Below are positions 25,361 through 41,159 of a stretch of DNA of 64,000 nucleotides, in pieces. Source of the DNA: the human T2T-CHM13v2.0 reference genome, Homo sapiens; NCBI RefSeq assembly GCF_009914755.1, contig NC_060928.1; one strand, written 5' to 3'. A model generated the notes under the pieces. That model was given only the letters and a program-made list of their open reading frames with translations, had not been told where the DNA came from and made no database searches. The number at the start of each line of letters is the position of its first letter. The first letter of the stretch is position 1. A program made the position numbers and the translations under genes.

Positions 25361-27349
25361 TTGATTCATTAAACTAAGTTAAAAAATAAAATAACATTTA
25401 ATAATTTAACAAAAATTATTGCTTCCTGTCCATAGACTACATGAATGCATTTATTTGGGTAGTGCAGCAAAAGCAAACCCATCTGCACTCTCCCCTCTTA
25501 GTATTAGAACAAGCTACCAAACCCTAATAACATGACCTTATATTTTCTATAATTTGTGAAAGGGCCAAGTGGTAGCATAAGCATTTCTTGTGATTTGAAA
25601 AAAAAAAAAGAGAAACCAAATGTAAATGAACAAGGTATTAAATTTTAAACCAGTATATGTAGTGTGCAAACTTTAAAAAGTAGTATAGTTTGAATAAACA
25701 TATCACTAGATGAGCAGATAGATAGCAAAGCAATATTCCCTGAACAATTAAAGAAAGGGATTCAGGATAAGACTTACTTGCCTAAGCAGGTTTTTAATGG
25801 AGATAAATTTGGTTTGTTTTAGAAGCAGATGTTTTTTGGAAGACTTATTTATTATAGTTAAAAACATTATTTAAATCTATTTTTACCACTTTTTCCACAG
25901 AACCCTATTTTCAGTGTCACTAATTTTATAAACAACAAATTCTGTCAATCATATTACTTTTTCTAAGTTATATAAATCTCATAGTTGGAGAAATTGTGCA
26001 TGTATTTATGTATCTTTGTAACAGGAGTGTTCTACTTCATGATTTAAGGTATACATAAATAGTCCTGATCAGCTTACAGAATATAACCATCAAACTATTC
26101 ATCCAAGGTAAAAGCTGATTTGGTCTAAGAGTCTATCCTGTGCTTCACATTGGCTCTTTCCACTTTCCATTTAGAAATCTAAGAATTTCCTCTCTTACTG
26201 AGACAACCTGTCTTCAGCTCAAAGCATCTATTCTTGCCTGAGTCTATCTCCATTGATTGCCTATAGCAATGTCAGGCTGGCTGCTGTTTTAAATTGAGCA
26301 TTTCATGTATAAAGCATACCAGCTGAGGAGGCATGTTTGCTAAAGTAGAAGTCACAGGTTCAGGGGTGACATATTGTACAAGTGGTCATAAGCCTTGGAA
26401 GGTAAGTAGACTCTTTTTCCATATTAGACTCAATAAAGGGGACTTTGGCCATGGCCAGGGATATTTAGGCTAAAATAATTTCGATTTTCTGGTTCAGTTA
26501 CCTCCTGAGGTATTAGGCCCCTCTAGGATGACTAACAAAGAACCTGAGCTAGAGTCAGTATAAGCTTGTGGAGATTCAGGTTTCAGTAGAACACTGATAT
26601 CAGCCACATGCTGTTTCTGAAGTGGGTTGAATCAAGGGTTTAGTGGTAGTTGAGTATCTCCAGCTGAGTGACTATTTGACAAATAAGTGAATTTGGGCTC
26701 AAGGGGTGATTTATCTGAAAATCAGATTTGTCTCTTAAGACATGAAATACTTTTAATAGAGTGTAATACAGTAACTTGAATACATCGTGTGCCTAGTTGG
26801 GGCCTAGAATCTCTAATTTGATAGGCTTTAGACCCAAAGGTTGCACAACATGCTTAGTGATCAGTTGTATAAGTTTACAACTTTAGTCAGTTCCCAGAAT
26901 GCAAGTTAACCCCAAGCAAGATGGGTCACATAAACATATATTTCTCTTCCTTTTGACTCAGTTCTAGAATGAGCTAAATGGTTCTCTTTGTTTTTGCTCT
27001 TCCTTGATCTGGGCCTTAATATATGGCCAGTCTATTACATGGCAAATGATCTCTCCATTGCTGCATTTCAGAAAGAAGGGTTGGATACATCTCCGTTTCT
27101 TTTCTTCTAGGGGAGCTAGAAGTCACCCCACATTCTCCGCCATGGCCAGCTCTACATTCTAAGAGGTAAAAATAACTTTGGCAAATCCACTACAAACAAA
27201 CAGCCAAACTAAAGATTATACTAAATTCTTCTTCCAGGAAAATAGGCCTGCCCACCTATATTTGACAAACTAACTGGGCGTCTAACAAGATTCTTTATAG
27301 GACAAAGATCAGTTTCTACCAATTAAAACACAGTGTCATGCGTGATAAA

Positions 27350-29450
27350 ACATAACAACTTTAAATGTTTATGGGCCTAATAAAAAAGCTTCAAAATACA
27401 CAAATTAGAATAAAATGTAGATAATCGTGCAAAAATAGTAAATCACTTTACCAATGCTATTACAGCACTCAGAGAACAACCCAAGACAGCATAGTATTGG
27501 TATAAAGACTGACAAACAGATCAATGAAACAGGATAGGGACTTTAGGAAAAGACTCACTGTATAGGACAAATTGATTTTTGACAAAGATGTCAAGAAAAG
27601 TCAATGGTTAAATAAAACTCTTTCCAGGCAATAGTGCTAAAACAACTGGGCACAGTGGGGAGAGATTAGGAGAAGCAGTAGATAAACGTTAATGCTCACC
27701 TCACATCATACACAAGGAAATAACTTAAAGGGAATACAGACCTAAACATAAAAGCTAAACTATAAAAATTCTAGAATAAAATGTGGAAGAAAATCTTTGT
27801 CCTTGGAGTAGGCCATGATTTATTTAATAAGGAGCAGAAAACATGAACAATAAAAGGCAACAGACACATTGGACTTCATCAAAATTTACATCTTTTGTTC
27901 TTTGAATAATAATATAGCGAAAACTAAAAGGAAAGCCATCTACTGAGAGAAAATAATCTTAAAACATACAGCTGACAAAGGATTTGTTTCTAGAATACTT
28001 AAAAGAATTCTTTTTAAAAAGAACTTTAAAGTTCAGGGGTACATGTGCAGGTTTGTTACATAAGTAAACATGTGTCATGGGGGTTTGTTGTAGGGATTAT
28101 TTCATCACCCAGTTATTAAGCCTAGTACCCTCTAGTTATTTTTCCCGATCCTCTCCCTTTTCCCAGCCTTCATCCTCTGAAAGGCCCCAGTGTTTGTTGT
28201 TTCTCTCTTTGTTTCCATGTGCTCTTATCATTTAGCTCCCATTTATAGGAGAACATGTAGTATTTGGTTTTCTGTTCCTGTGTTAGTTTGCTAAGGATAA
28301 TGGTCTTGAGCTCCATCCAGCTTCCTGCAAAGGACATGATTTCATTCTTTTTTATGGCTGTATAGTATTCCATGGTGTATATATTCCACATTTTCTTTAT
28401 CCAGTCTATCACTGATTGACATTTAGGTTGATTCCATGTCTTTGCCATTGTGAACAGCTCTTCAATGAACATATGCATGCAGGTATCCTTATGGTAGAAT
28501 GATTTATATTCCTTTGGATATATACCCAGTAATGGGATTGCTGGGTCAAATTGTATTTCTGTCTCAACAACAGGAAAACAAGTCCATAGAATGACTTGAA
28601 TTTTTGAGTGGACACTTCAAATGAGAAGATATACTAATACTCAACAAGCACATGAAAGAAGCTCAACATCTTTATTCATCAGAAAAAGTGCAAATTAAAC
28701 TTACAAGAAGAAACTACTCTACACACATTATAATGGTCAAACTTAAAAAGGTTGAAAAAATTCAAGTCCTGTGAAGATGTAGAGCAACCAGAATGCTCAT
28801 ACACTGTTGCTGGTGGAAAAAAACAAAAACAAAAGCGAAAAAAAAAAAACTATAGAAAACTGGCGTTTCTTTAAATGGTGAAATAGACATTTACTAGAGA
28901 AATGAGCTATCAAATTCTTAGATCTTTATCCAAGACAAATGGACATGTGTCTATAAAAAGACTCATATACAGATGATGACAGCAGTTTTACTAATAATAG
29001 CCAAAAAGTATGAATAACTCGATGGTCCATCAACAGGTGAAACACAAGTGGCATAAGTAAACACTGAAATACCACTCTGCAATAAGCAGGATCAAGATAC
29101 TGCCAATGGCAACAACAGAGATAAATCTAAAATTCACTATGCTGAGTGAGAGAAGCAAACACAAAGGAGTACATACCATATGCTTCCATATATACACAAG
29201 CAAAGGGAATACAAGGATATTTAGAAAGACAAAAAGTTGATGTTGATCTGTTGTTGACTTTGGATATGGACAGAAGGAAGAATGGACCACGAAAAGACAT
29301 GATCTATCTTTGGAAATGATGAAATTGTTTTGTATCTTGATTGTACAGGTGGTTTCACAGGTGTATCTACCAAAATGTATTGAGTTGTACACTTTAAATG
29401 GGTGCAGATGATTGCACAAAAGTCATCTCAGTAACATTTATTTAAAGATA
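27350..29450 (+). mobile_element. old L1M (L1MB/MC-like) ORF2 3' part plus 3'UTR, interrupted by a younger L1
   Basis: CAGATCAATGAAACAG, TTGATTTTTGACAAAG, TTGGACTTCATCAAAATT, TATGCTGAGTGAGAGAAGC, GTTGTACACTTTAAATGGGTG. Confidence 0.8.
28010..28563 (-). mobile_element. 5'-truncated L1PA (L1PA8-13-like) 3' end
   Basis: ORF2 C-terminus (AKTWNQPKC...YTMEYY) at 28170-28478(-) and 3'UTR TTCATCACCCAGTTATTAAGCCTAGTACCC. Confidence 0.9.
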
Positions 29451-30779
29451 GCAGAGTTGGAATTTCAATTCTTAATTGTCTGGATTCAAAGCCACTTTAT
29501 TAGCCAGTATTTAACTTTTCTCTCAGTATGCATATGCAGCTTCATGATTCAAGCTCAGAGTTTTGCTGATGTGGCAGAACCATACTGGATATACTTATTC
29601 TTTCTGTCTCCGTGAAAGAGCTACCTCTGCAGTCTCCAGCGAGTCATCTGTGTGCTATGAAATGCTAGAACTGCTACTTCATGAGAATACGTGATTGGCA
29701 TTATTCCAGGCTGCTTAATCTATTTTTGTTTTCATCATTGTGCACATACCAATAAGCAATTCAGGTTTCTACAATGGAATGAGAAAGGAGCTAAACTAAT
29801 TTTAGTGGATATTGTCATTTTTCCCCTTTGTTTTCTATCCTTGTCACCCTTGGGCAGTTATATCTTATGCTCATAGGGTCTTCCCATGCTACTTCTTCTT
29901 TATTTTATAAAGCATGATTTTATATAGTATAATCCTATAATATAGTCTGATTAAATATAATTAGTTTATATCTTGTCAGAGAGAATAGGTCCTTAAACTT
30001 GTAGGAAGTTAATTATGTGATTGTTGGTTGTATATATATTTTTAGACTTTCCCTTTAAAGTAAAATGTGGTGGTCAATTTTCTTTCAAGTGTCCATTTGT
30101 TTTAGGGTTTTAAACATGCAAAAGGTCATAATTTGATTTTTGTAGTTTGAGCGAGGTTTTAATTATGAAGCTCTTCTTTCTTCCCTTTTACAGAAAAATG
30201 AATTAATAGGATTTTTCATGTGGCTGAAGAAGACAGAGACTGCAAACCAGGTGGTGACAATTGCCCTGGCAACACCACATTTGTATTTATTCACTTACTA
30301 AATTTTCCACCAGATATTTTTCAATGTAGCTCATTAAAAACATTTCTGTTTTCCTTTCTCGATTTTATCTGTATCACATCTACATGTGTTTAAAATTAAC
30401 TCTGTTTTTCCACAGAGGACTACATTGCTCTTTTTGTTGACTATTAAAATTTGTTTTGAGAGTTTCAAACTAACTGTTATCCTTGCAACTTGTTTAAACA
30501 GTATATCTGGAAAGGAGTGTTTTTTGTTTTTTGTTTTTATTTTTTTCCGATTACCTGATTTCATAAGAGAACTTACTTAAAGTTAAAATTCTGGAAAAAA
30601 TAATTTCCAAATCTTGGTTTTCCAAATTCTTTTTTCCTCATTGCTTGGTTTTCATTTTTAGAATCAATTTCCACAGCTTCAGTTCTAATTTTGACTTCAT
30701 TTTTTACTTGACTTTATCTGTTTTCTCCTTAACCATAGTTTGTCTCCAGCCTAGCACCCATCCTGAGCTGGGAGACATC

Positions 30780-30980
30780 CTAGTGCAGTAAAAAGGACAA
30801 GGACTTTGGACTCACAAAGAAGTGAGAATAAGCCTAATTTCACTACTGCTTAGTTGTGAACATAGGTGATTATGCTGAGGCTTATGCATCACATAGGACT
30901 AATAATAGTTAAATTACACTGTGGTTTTGAGTCTAAGGAGAGTGACTAGACAGTAAGTACTAGTTCCCTGTGCTTAATGC
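30780..30980 (+). mobile_element. MIR relic
   Basis: TAGTGCAGTAAAAAGGACAAGGACTTTGGACTCACA ... CTTAGTTGTGAAC ... GGACTAATAATAG. Confidence 0.5.
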
Positions 30981-32294
30981 TGTACTTTTCCCAACTATCC
31001 CAACCCTGACCCCCATCTCTGGCATTTTCAATCATCCACTGTCAGTTATTTCAAAGGTCACCCTTCCTGATTTGGGGCTGACTTATAGCTATATAAAATG
31101 TTCTTAGTTCTTACAATAACTTGCTATTCTGCATTTACCTGTGCTAATTATTTTATTAACCACAAGGTGAGGTTGACCTTTGTGAGGCTCACAGTTCTGA
31201 TCTTATCTTTTTGTTATTTTCTTTTTTTTCAGATGTAGCAATAAAACATTTCATTCTGAACTTCCAACATTTAATGTTCCAGAGTTATTATTCACAATCT
31301 ATTTGTTCAAATAATAGAAAATGAAGTTAGAAATTGAGATAAGATTGATAATATTGATTGAGCAAATCTTCAAAAAACATCACCTATATTTTATAAATTG
31401 TATTAGTTCCTGAATTGCTAATATTTAAAGTTTCATAACTGTCCTTATTATACTAGAAAGTATAATATTGGCCAAAAATATGATAAAAGAACCTGAAAAT
31501 AAATGCTTTATTGAGCTTTATGGGGTAGTATCTCTATGAGTTATAATAAGTACTTGATTTAATATGTGTTATTATCGTTAAATGTATTCTGTTAATTTGC
31601 ACTCTAGTTCCTACTTTCATTGTAAATGTTTAACTGGCAAATAAGATTTTGGATACAGATTCAGAGTAAAAATATTGAAACACTTATTTAAACATCCACC
31701 CTCACCCGTGACATGGTATTATTCCTCAACTCATTCCTGTAGCCACTACCTTAAAAGAACACTAGCAGCTAAAATTTAGGGACTACATGAGCTACTAAAT
31801 TTGTGGCCTGATTTTCATTAAAAACAGCCAAGATTATTCAAAGTAATATTTTTTCAAATAATAATTATGAGGAAGCATAGTGTATTTTACGAATGCCAGT
31901 TCATCTCATAGGGATAGGGTTACTTGCCTATTTCGTTTGGGGATAAAAGAAAACATAAAAAGGAAAGGAGCCCAGATGAATACTTTTTCTGCAATTAGTG
32001 GTGATGCATGTAGTGAACTGCTAAGCATCCATGACTAATCGAGATAGACAGGGCTATCCCTTGCTAATCACAGAAGATATTGGCCTGTCCGTAGGAGAAA
32101 AGAGTGATTATATCAAAAAGAACAGTCAGCCATTACTAGGGCAAACTCTGTCAAGAGTGTCTGTGAATTATAAGACAAAAGGATAGAGAAATAAAGGCAG
32201 TGTTAATTATCTTTAAATGAGAAGGTATGTTTATGTGTTCATGTATCTCATGGAAAGAAGCATTGCTTTGTTTTCTTTTAGAAGAGGTATTTTT

Positions 32295-32570
32295 ATTTAT
32301 TTATTTATTTTTTATTATACTTAAAGTTTTAGGGTACATGTGCACGTCGTGCAGGTTAGTTACATATGTATACATGTGCCATGTTGGTGTGCTGCACCCA
32401 GTAACTCGTCATTTAGCATTAGGTATATCTCCTAATGCTATCCCTCCCCCCTCCCCCCACCCCACAACAGGCCCCAGTGTGTGATGTTCCCCTTCCTGTG
32501 TCCAAGTGTTCTCATTGTTCAATTCCCACCTATGAGTGAGAGCATGAGGCGTTTGGTTTTTTGTCCTTGT
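32295..32570 (-). mobile_element. very short 5'-truncated L1PA (PA3-5-like) 3' end with TSD
   Basis: Antisense 3'UTR with (TTTA)n tail; TSD GAGGTATTTTT at 32284-32294 and 32571-32581; TTTT/AA endonuclease site at 32585. Confidence 0.93.
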
Positions 32571-34189
32571 GAGGTATTTTTTTTTAAAGGAACTCACTAC
32601 TTGGTTAAGTCATGGAATTCATTGCTGTAAAACTTAGTGGAGTAATTGTTTCTTACAATATTGTAGAACACATACAACTTTATAATTATTTATTTTATAT
32701 TACCTAAATGATCTTTAAATATTAATTGCAGCCCAGTAGCCAGCAAGTGCAGAACAACAGATGATGCGAATGAAGCAAGTGGGCTGACTTTTTGTGTTAT
32801 GGCAATGCAGTTCTGCTCATTTTCAGCTTGCCATTATTTATGTAAACATACAAGTAAGTCTTCATTTATAATTTATAAATGATGCTTCTCTGCCAAACAC
32901 AAGTTTAACTTCAAGTTTTGTTGTTATTGCTGAGTCTTCTGCTTGGATACCATCTTTGGGTTCAGCAAACACCTTTGTCAGGGAATGAGAAGTTGGAAAC
33001 TAACTTTTATATAAGTCGCCAATCCCCTCTTCCTCTCCTTTTTTGGAGCCTTTGGAAATTTCTCTTTTCAAGATGACTGCATAGATCTAACTATCCAAAG
33101 AGCAATAAAACATTCATAAAAGCTCAGTTGTTCATAAATAACTTTTCAAATTTCAGATCCCTAATACGTTGAGTATTCTCTATGACTGGCATAGCAGACG
33201 GTTCAGTGGATTGAGGGCTGTGAAAGAGATGTTCAGTGAGTGGCAAAGGTTTGGTCAGAGATTTCCCATTGACTTGTTTTTTCCCACCAGCCCTCAGAAA
33301 ACCACAAACTATGAGAAGATCACAGAGGAGGAAGGGGTTGAGGATACTAAGGGAGTATGGCTCAAGAGAACAATCATCCAAGATGCATAACGAAGAGAAA
33401 CCAAAATGACAGTTTTTCAGAGTGAGATTTTTTTCTGTGGTCCAAGAAGAAATTGGGTTCATGTTTAGTTAGAGTGAGACATGTGAATCTTGGGGAATGT
33501 GAGGCTGTCAAGAGTAAAGTCTCAGTTTTCCCAGCTAAGATATCTGTAGAGGATGTTAGAGCTGGTTTGAATCTTAAAGAGGAATGGTTTTTGAGAGGAA
33601 GAGTAATTTGTGGTTTACACATCACACTGCGAAGCCAGGATTTCACCTCCAGGACTGCAGAAAAGTTAGCTAATGGGTCCATTAGCTGAGTTGGCCAGGG
33701 ACAGAACGATAATTCTACCACTATATGGAACACACTCTTCTGCCAGAAGGATGTCTCAGGTCTTGTACTTCAAGTGACTTGTCAGAAATCTTCTCTGGAT
33801 TTAGTTGTAGGCTGTGATGCACATCTAATAAGACTGTGATATTTTCTGACTTGAAATAGGTAAGAATAGTATGCAATGATTCCAATAAAAATATTTTAAG
33901 CACAGGGCAAATTGTCAAGATCAACTACATATAAGGCTTCTTATTTCATTGCTTATAAATTCTGCCAACATCAAGCCTGAAAAACGAATCATATTCTCTT
34001 ACACTGGATCCCTACACTTTTATAATTCCAGCAATATTCTCTTTTACTGTTTCTTATAATTGAAAATGTCTTTGAATATATTATTGGAAGAAACTGGGCA
34101 AAACTGTATAAAATGACTACAAAAATAATTACACAGTATAGGGTATTCCCAGATTTAGTTTATTTGCTTCTCTACCAACTTAGTCCCGT

Positions 34190-34900
34190 TTTGACACTAA
34201 GCACAGTCTTGGTCTACCACTCCTGCCTCCTAAGTATGTCTCAAATGCTTCTATTTCTCCTTGTTCCCATTACCACCACTTTTGCTCAGGACACCATCAT
34301 CCCTTTTCTGGAATGTTGCAATAGCTACTTTCCTAACTGGTCTCCCTGCTATCTGTCTTATCCACATGTCTAGTTTTCCCCACACTGTAGCTGATGTCAC
34401 TTTTCTAATGCACAAATGTAGCATTTCTGTTTAACATATTTTCATTCTACCTTATTTTGCTTAGTAGAAATGTCCAGAACCTTTCTTGATCTCTCTCTCT
34501 CTTGCTCACTCACTGACTCTTATTCTCACCCTCTGGTCTTCTGTATTTTATCACTAGTGTCTTTGTCTCTAGGGCTTTGATTAGAAAACTCTTCTGCCCC
34601 TCATCTCTATCCCATTCCCTGCCAGCTGGCAGATTCCTGATTCCTCCTTCTAGTCTCCCTTTGGATGTCACTCCCATAAGAAGAATTGTTCTCTTTAGAC
34701 TAACACAGACATTCCTCCCTTGTGCCCCCAAGCACCCTGTGCTTATTTTTTTCTTATTTAAAAATGTGCAAAAGGTCTTGCCATCACCTGCTTCTTTCAA
34801 CAAAGTATAAGCTCCTTAAGGACAATGTCCATAATTGTACCTCTAGTGTTTAGTCCAATACTTGGCACAAAGTAAGCAATCAGTATTTACTCGATAAGTT
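34190..34900 (+). mobile_element. L2 3' region
   Basis: GTTGCAATAGCTACTTTCCTAACTGGTCTCCCTG, GTATAAGCTCCTTAAGGACA, CTTGGCACAAAGTAAGC. Confidence 0.65.
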
Positions 34901-37759
34901 GAAAGTGATTGACATCACTCCACAGCAATCTTTCTCAGTTCTCTTGGATAAAAAGGACATGGCAACATCAATTTTAGACGGTTTTCTAGACATAAAATTT
35001 GGTCTTTTCCTGAAATAACCAGAAGGTTGTCTGATATATTAAGCTGATTACTGTGTCTCCCTCAATCAGAAATTCTCCTGATCTGGCTCTTTGGAGACAT
35101 TCTGCCTATCTTAAATGTCTACAGTGTGTTTCTCATTCACTCAGAAATTTTCCTGAACCAGCTCCCCAGAGATATTCAGCCTGTCTTTAAGCCATCTTTC
35201 TCTTGCTTTTAATTCCCCTTATCCTTGGCTTTCACCTTCTGACTCATCACACTTTCCTCTTGCTCACACACCCACATCCACATGGATCGAAACCTTTTCT
35301 CTGAATACTGTTTTGTTTTCTGGTCAAAATTGGGGTCATCAAACATTTCACATAAAACCCCCCTATTTAACAAATGGACAAACAAATATAAAGCAAAATT
35401 ATTGATGCAAATGCGTGTATATTTTGGGAAACACATATGTAACCTCAGGGTTAGCAGCTATAGAAGGGATTGTGAGTGATTAGGGAGTAGGCATTGCAGG
35501 CAGAGATAGCCCAAAGTCTGTAGCTGCCATTCAAGGTTACTTTAAAATTTAACGGGTATCTCAAATCATCAATGTATTTTTATCAAAGATAAATCAAATT
35601 CAAAGTAAATAATTGTAGAATTTCAAATATCTTTGGATTTTATTTGTATTTTAATTACTGATTTAGCAAGTCGTTGAAAGTGAAATTATGTAGACTCTGT
35701 ACCAATGCCGTTACAAGTGAGACAAGTAAGAAGTAAGGTTGTAAGTTTATACAGGTAGATTTTCTTCCTTTGTAGCATTGGTATCTTCTTTAGTTCCCCC
35801 TGGACAGCCCTTGGGTAAGTGACATTTTAAGAAGTCACCAGAAGACAGCATCTGATTACTTTAGGGTTAATCATTAACAACATAGTTGTACTAGTGACAT
35901 TGCTTATAGTGTTCAATTAAATGCCAATTTAATGACACTCCACATTTAAACAGCAGTGCTGAGCCTTTATGTAGTTCCAGCCCAGAGGATTGACCAGCTG
36001 TCCACTCTTGCTGACCCTCCACATGCCGTTCCTTCTATTTTTCAAGGATACAGGTAATTGCTAGTCCTGAAGGAGACTTAAACAAGCTATTGTTTGGCTG
36101 TATCCATGATGCCTTTCTTAATAGGAAATGAATTGGCACTCTTCATAGCACCAAGTTCCCGATAGAAAACTGGGCTTGGATATTAATGCAGTAGGAATTG
36201 TGTTTCATGAAGCCTTGGCTGAATATTACACTCTACATTTGCAGCTTTTTATTATACCTTGCATTTTGAGAGGAATGATGGCTGCATTACCACTGACTAA
36301 GCAGCTGCAGGGTTATCTCTTTCACACAACCAATCCACTTGGGCTTTTGGAAATAGGGTTTTCATACCTGAAAAGTATTCCCTTTCCAAAAGTGAGAGCA
36401 TACAAACTCACCAAGCACTAATACTCAGCTATGATGAGACTGCCGGCCCCTGATAATTTGCATCTAAAGAAACCAATTTGAACTAAAATGCTGCTACTGA
36501 AATGTGTTTTTCTAATAGACTTCTATAAATATATGAGGTTTTGTGCATTCACATATCCTCAGGTGAATGAAAATAAAGTTAAGGTCTATTTCACCTAGTT
36601 GATGCACTAGCTACTTATTTAGATACATTCTAGATGAGAATGTATCTTGAAGATATCAATTGTATCCCCCTTCTTACTTTTAAAAAATATAGTAGACAAG
36701 AGCTTACTACATTATTTTTCTTCACGATAAAGGTATTCAAGAGATAGTTTCCATCTCAGATAACCCCACAGTCTAATGGTAAAGACAGGCATAAACAGAA
36801 AAATACAATGCAGTGTAGAGGTGAATATGATGTTGGTGGTATTGCACCGGGAAATACAGGGAGATAAAGGAGAGAGACCTGGTCAATACAATAGAAGAAA
36901 AATTAACAAAGAAGCCATATACAGAGAAAATGGGTTGAATCATCAATATGAGATGATTTCAGCACTTGGTTCATGTAACTATATTATCAACTTCTAGAAT
37001 ATAAGTTTTTTAAATATGCCATGTATCACCTACCAGGGAAGTCTGTGCTGGTATGTGATATCTGGTGATGAAAATAGTATCAACCTGAGTAAACTGAGAA
37101 TTAAGTATCTCATTTAAACTCCTTAATAGGGCACACAGCAACATCTGGCATGTGGCAATTGTAAACATTCTCTATCATTAATTATTAATGGAAGATAATC
37201 AAATAATTATTTTTTAAGAATGTTTATATTTTAATTAAAATCAGTAATATATATACAGAGACCGAAACAAAGAGACAGAAAGAAAGAAATATTGAGGAAG
37301 AGAATCACACACTGTTTATCAGACATTAATACTACAGGAGACCTCTTGAATTCTGCTTTATAGCAAGCCACATTGAGAAATTCTATTTTAACTAAATTAT
37401 AAGGATAGGCAAGCTATACTTCAATACACTGGTTTGTTATGAGTACACCTTTGTTTTTTATGACTTCTAGCTATTCTAGTGAGAATTTAATTAAATGTTC
37501 TTACTTGAATAAATAACTTGATAAAGTGAGCTCAGTGATGACTACTGACTGGAGGGGACTGTCTTTGGTGATTCATTGCTCTGAGGATGCAATGCTGAAT
37601 TTATTTTGCTTTGTATTCCAACTCTTGAGTGGTGTTTGATCTCAGGCATGGACTTTCTGGATCATAACATTGAATCAAAATTCCCAGGAACTCAGGTCAA
37701 TTATTTGAATTATTAATATTTCTTAATTTGTGAAACATTGTCATCACCACATCATGTAC

Positions 37760-38160
37760 AATTTCTTCCTTATTTTATCCCAGTACCTATTTCCCATCCC
37801 TTCTTTTGTAACCATATAATGAGGTCAGTTTAAGTTCTTTGAATTTGTGCATATTCTTGAAAAATGTCCAGTGTTTCTGAAGTTAATATTTTCTTCCAGT
37901 TTTATGTGTAATTATATATGTGATATTGTGCTGTAATCTTTGCTTTCTTTATTGCTTTACTCAATACTAAGTTTTGATGTATTCATATAGTTGTGTATAT
38001 AACTAGTTCATTTATTCTAAGTGATACATAGTTCCCATTATGTATAGCCAAGAGCATGAGTTTTGTATCATGTGGTATTCACATGCTTAATTTCACCAAA
38101 TATTCTCATACTGTTCTGCAGAAAGTTTGTGATGGTTTTTGCTACCATCAGAAATGCAAG
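37760..38160 (-). mobile_element. old L1M fragment
   Basis: GTTCATTTATTCTAAGTGATACATAGTTCCCATTATGTAT, CACATGCTTAATTTCACCAAATATT, CCATCAGAAATGC. Confidence 0.45.
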
Positions 38161-38344
38161 GTCGATGCCAACAACCTATTATTTACAAAGAAAAAGTTTT
38201 TGACACAAAACTTATGTGCAAATTTTGTAAGACAGAGAAGTAAATCTCTGTAGTGAATGTTGTATGATATAAAATTTAAGCAAAACAAACTGGCATGTCT
38301 TGTGTCGAGGAGATGCTCTCTAAATAGTTGTTGAAAAATTGAAC

Positions 38345-38530
38345 TAAATGCAGTGGACTTCTGACTCTGTCACATATGAGCTGTGTCACCTTGAATAAAT
38401 TACTGAACCTCTTAGTTCTTTCATCTCTAAAATAGATATAATGATACTTATTTTATTGGATTGTTTAAAAGATTAAATGAAATCGTGCTTGAGAAGGTTT
38501 AGTTAAGCCAAACATTGGCTATTATTGTTA
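38345..38530 (+). mobile_element. MIR
   Basis: CTGACTCTGTCACATATGAGCTGTGTCACCTTGAATAAATTACTGAACCTC ... GATTAAATGA. Confidence 0.75.
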
Positions 38531-38771
38531 TTATTTTTATTGTTGTCACTATTGTTATTTAGTGATGCCTTAGAGGTTCAACTGCAAGGCAATTTTGAAA
38601 AGTAAGGTAAATTCTCCCAACATCTATCTCTCCATTACACTGTTCCCAGTAGAGTGTTTTTTTGTTCTTATTTAAACTTTATATGATGCATTAACTGTCA
38701 ATACATTTATAGCTGATGTTTACATAGGAAATTTTATATTTGCATTTGGAAAACAAAATGCAATCATTTTT

Positions 38772-39051
38772 TTTTTTAAAGGCAGGGTCACTCAGGCTGT
38801 AGTGCAGTAGTGTGATCATTGCTCACTGCAGCCTTGAACTCTTGGGCTCAAGCAATCCTCCTGCCTCAGCCTCCTGAGTAGTTGGGACTATGGGCCTGCA
38901 CCAACATACCCAGCTAATTTTAAATATTTTTAGTAGAGATGGGGTCTCACATTGTTGTTCATGCTGGTCTTGAACTCCTAGCTTCAGGCAATCCTCCTGC
39001 CTAGGCCTCCCAATGTACTGGGATTACAGGCATGAGCCACTGTGCCAGGCC
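38772..39051 (-). mobile_element. AluJ-like element
   Basis: J-type GCTCACTGCAGCCTTGAACTCTTGGGCTCAAGCAATCC; TSD AAAATGCAATCATTTTT (38755-38771) / AAAACACAATCATTTTT (39052-39068). Confidence 0.93.
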
Positions 39052-39341
39052 AAAACACAATCATTTTTGAGAAAACAGTGTACAGTAAGTACTCAAGATA
39101 CATTTTAATTATAATTAGTAAGACATGACAATCACATGTAGCTATTTTGAAAAAAGCAGCATGCATCAACAAAGGAGACATGTACTGGGGATATTTCTGG
39201 TTCTAAGAGCCATCGCAGTGTCATACTCATTGTGAGCTATTCTGTGCCTAGTGCACTTGTCCCGAGGTGTTTCCAGAATGCCTTTCAAAGTTTAACCGAG
39301 TATTATACAATAAACACCCTCCTCAAATCAAGAAAGTATTA

Positions 39342-40926
<1,585 letters not shown>

Positions 40927-41159
40927 AAGAAAGTATTAAGGAAATTATGAATAAGAAAACAAGTAAACGAAAAAAATAGTAGAATAGATATTTCTATACA
41001 CAAAAACAACTGTTGCACTAATTATATGAATTGTTTGACAATCAGGAAACAACGTTTAATCATTTCACATCCAAGCATCCTTCTATATAGGGGTTTTCCA
41101 TATTTTATTTACATGTAGGAAATAAGTTGATTGTTCTATTAGAATGAGTCTAGGTTTTG

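Noticed and set aside
31167-31232. 66-nt GT-AG mini-intron
   Set aside because: At or below the usual minimum human intron size, with no ORF or transcript support.
33169-33924. Cluster of overlapping ORFs as a coding exon or ERV remnant
   Set aside because: No gag/pol/env or host motifs recognised; ORFs on both strands look random.
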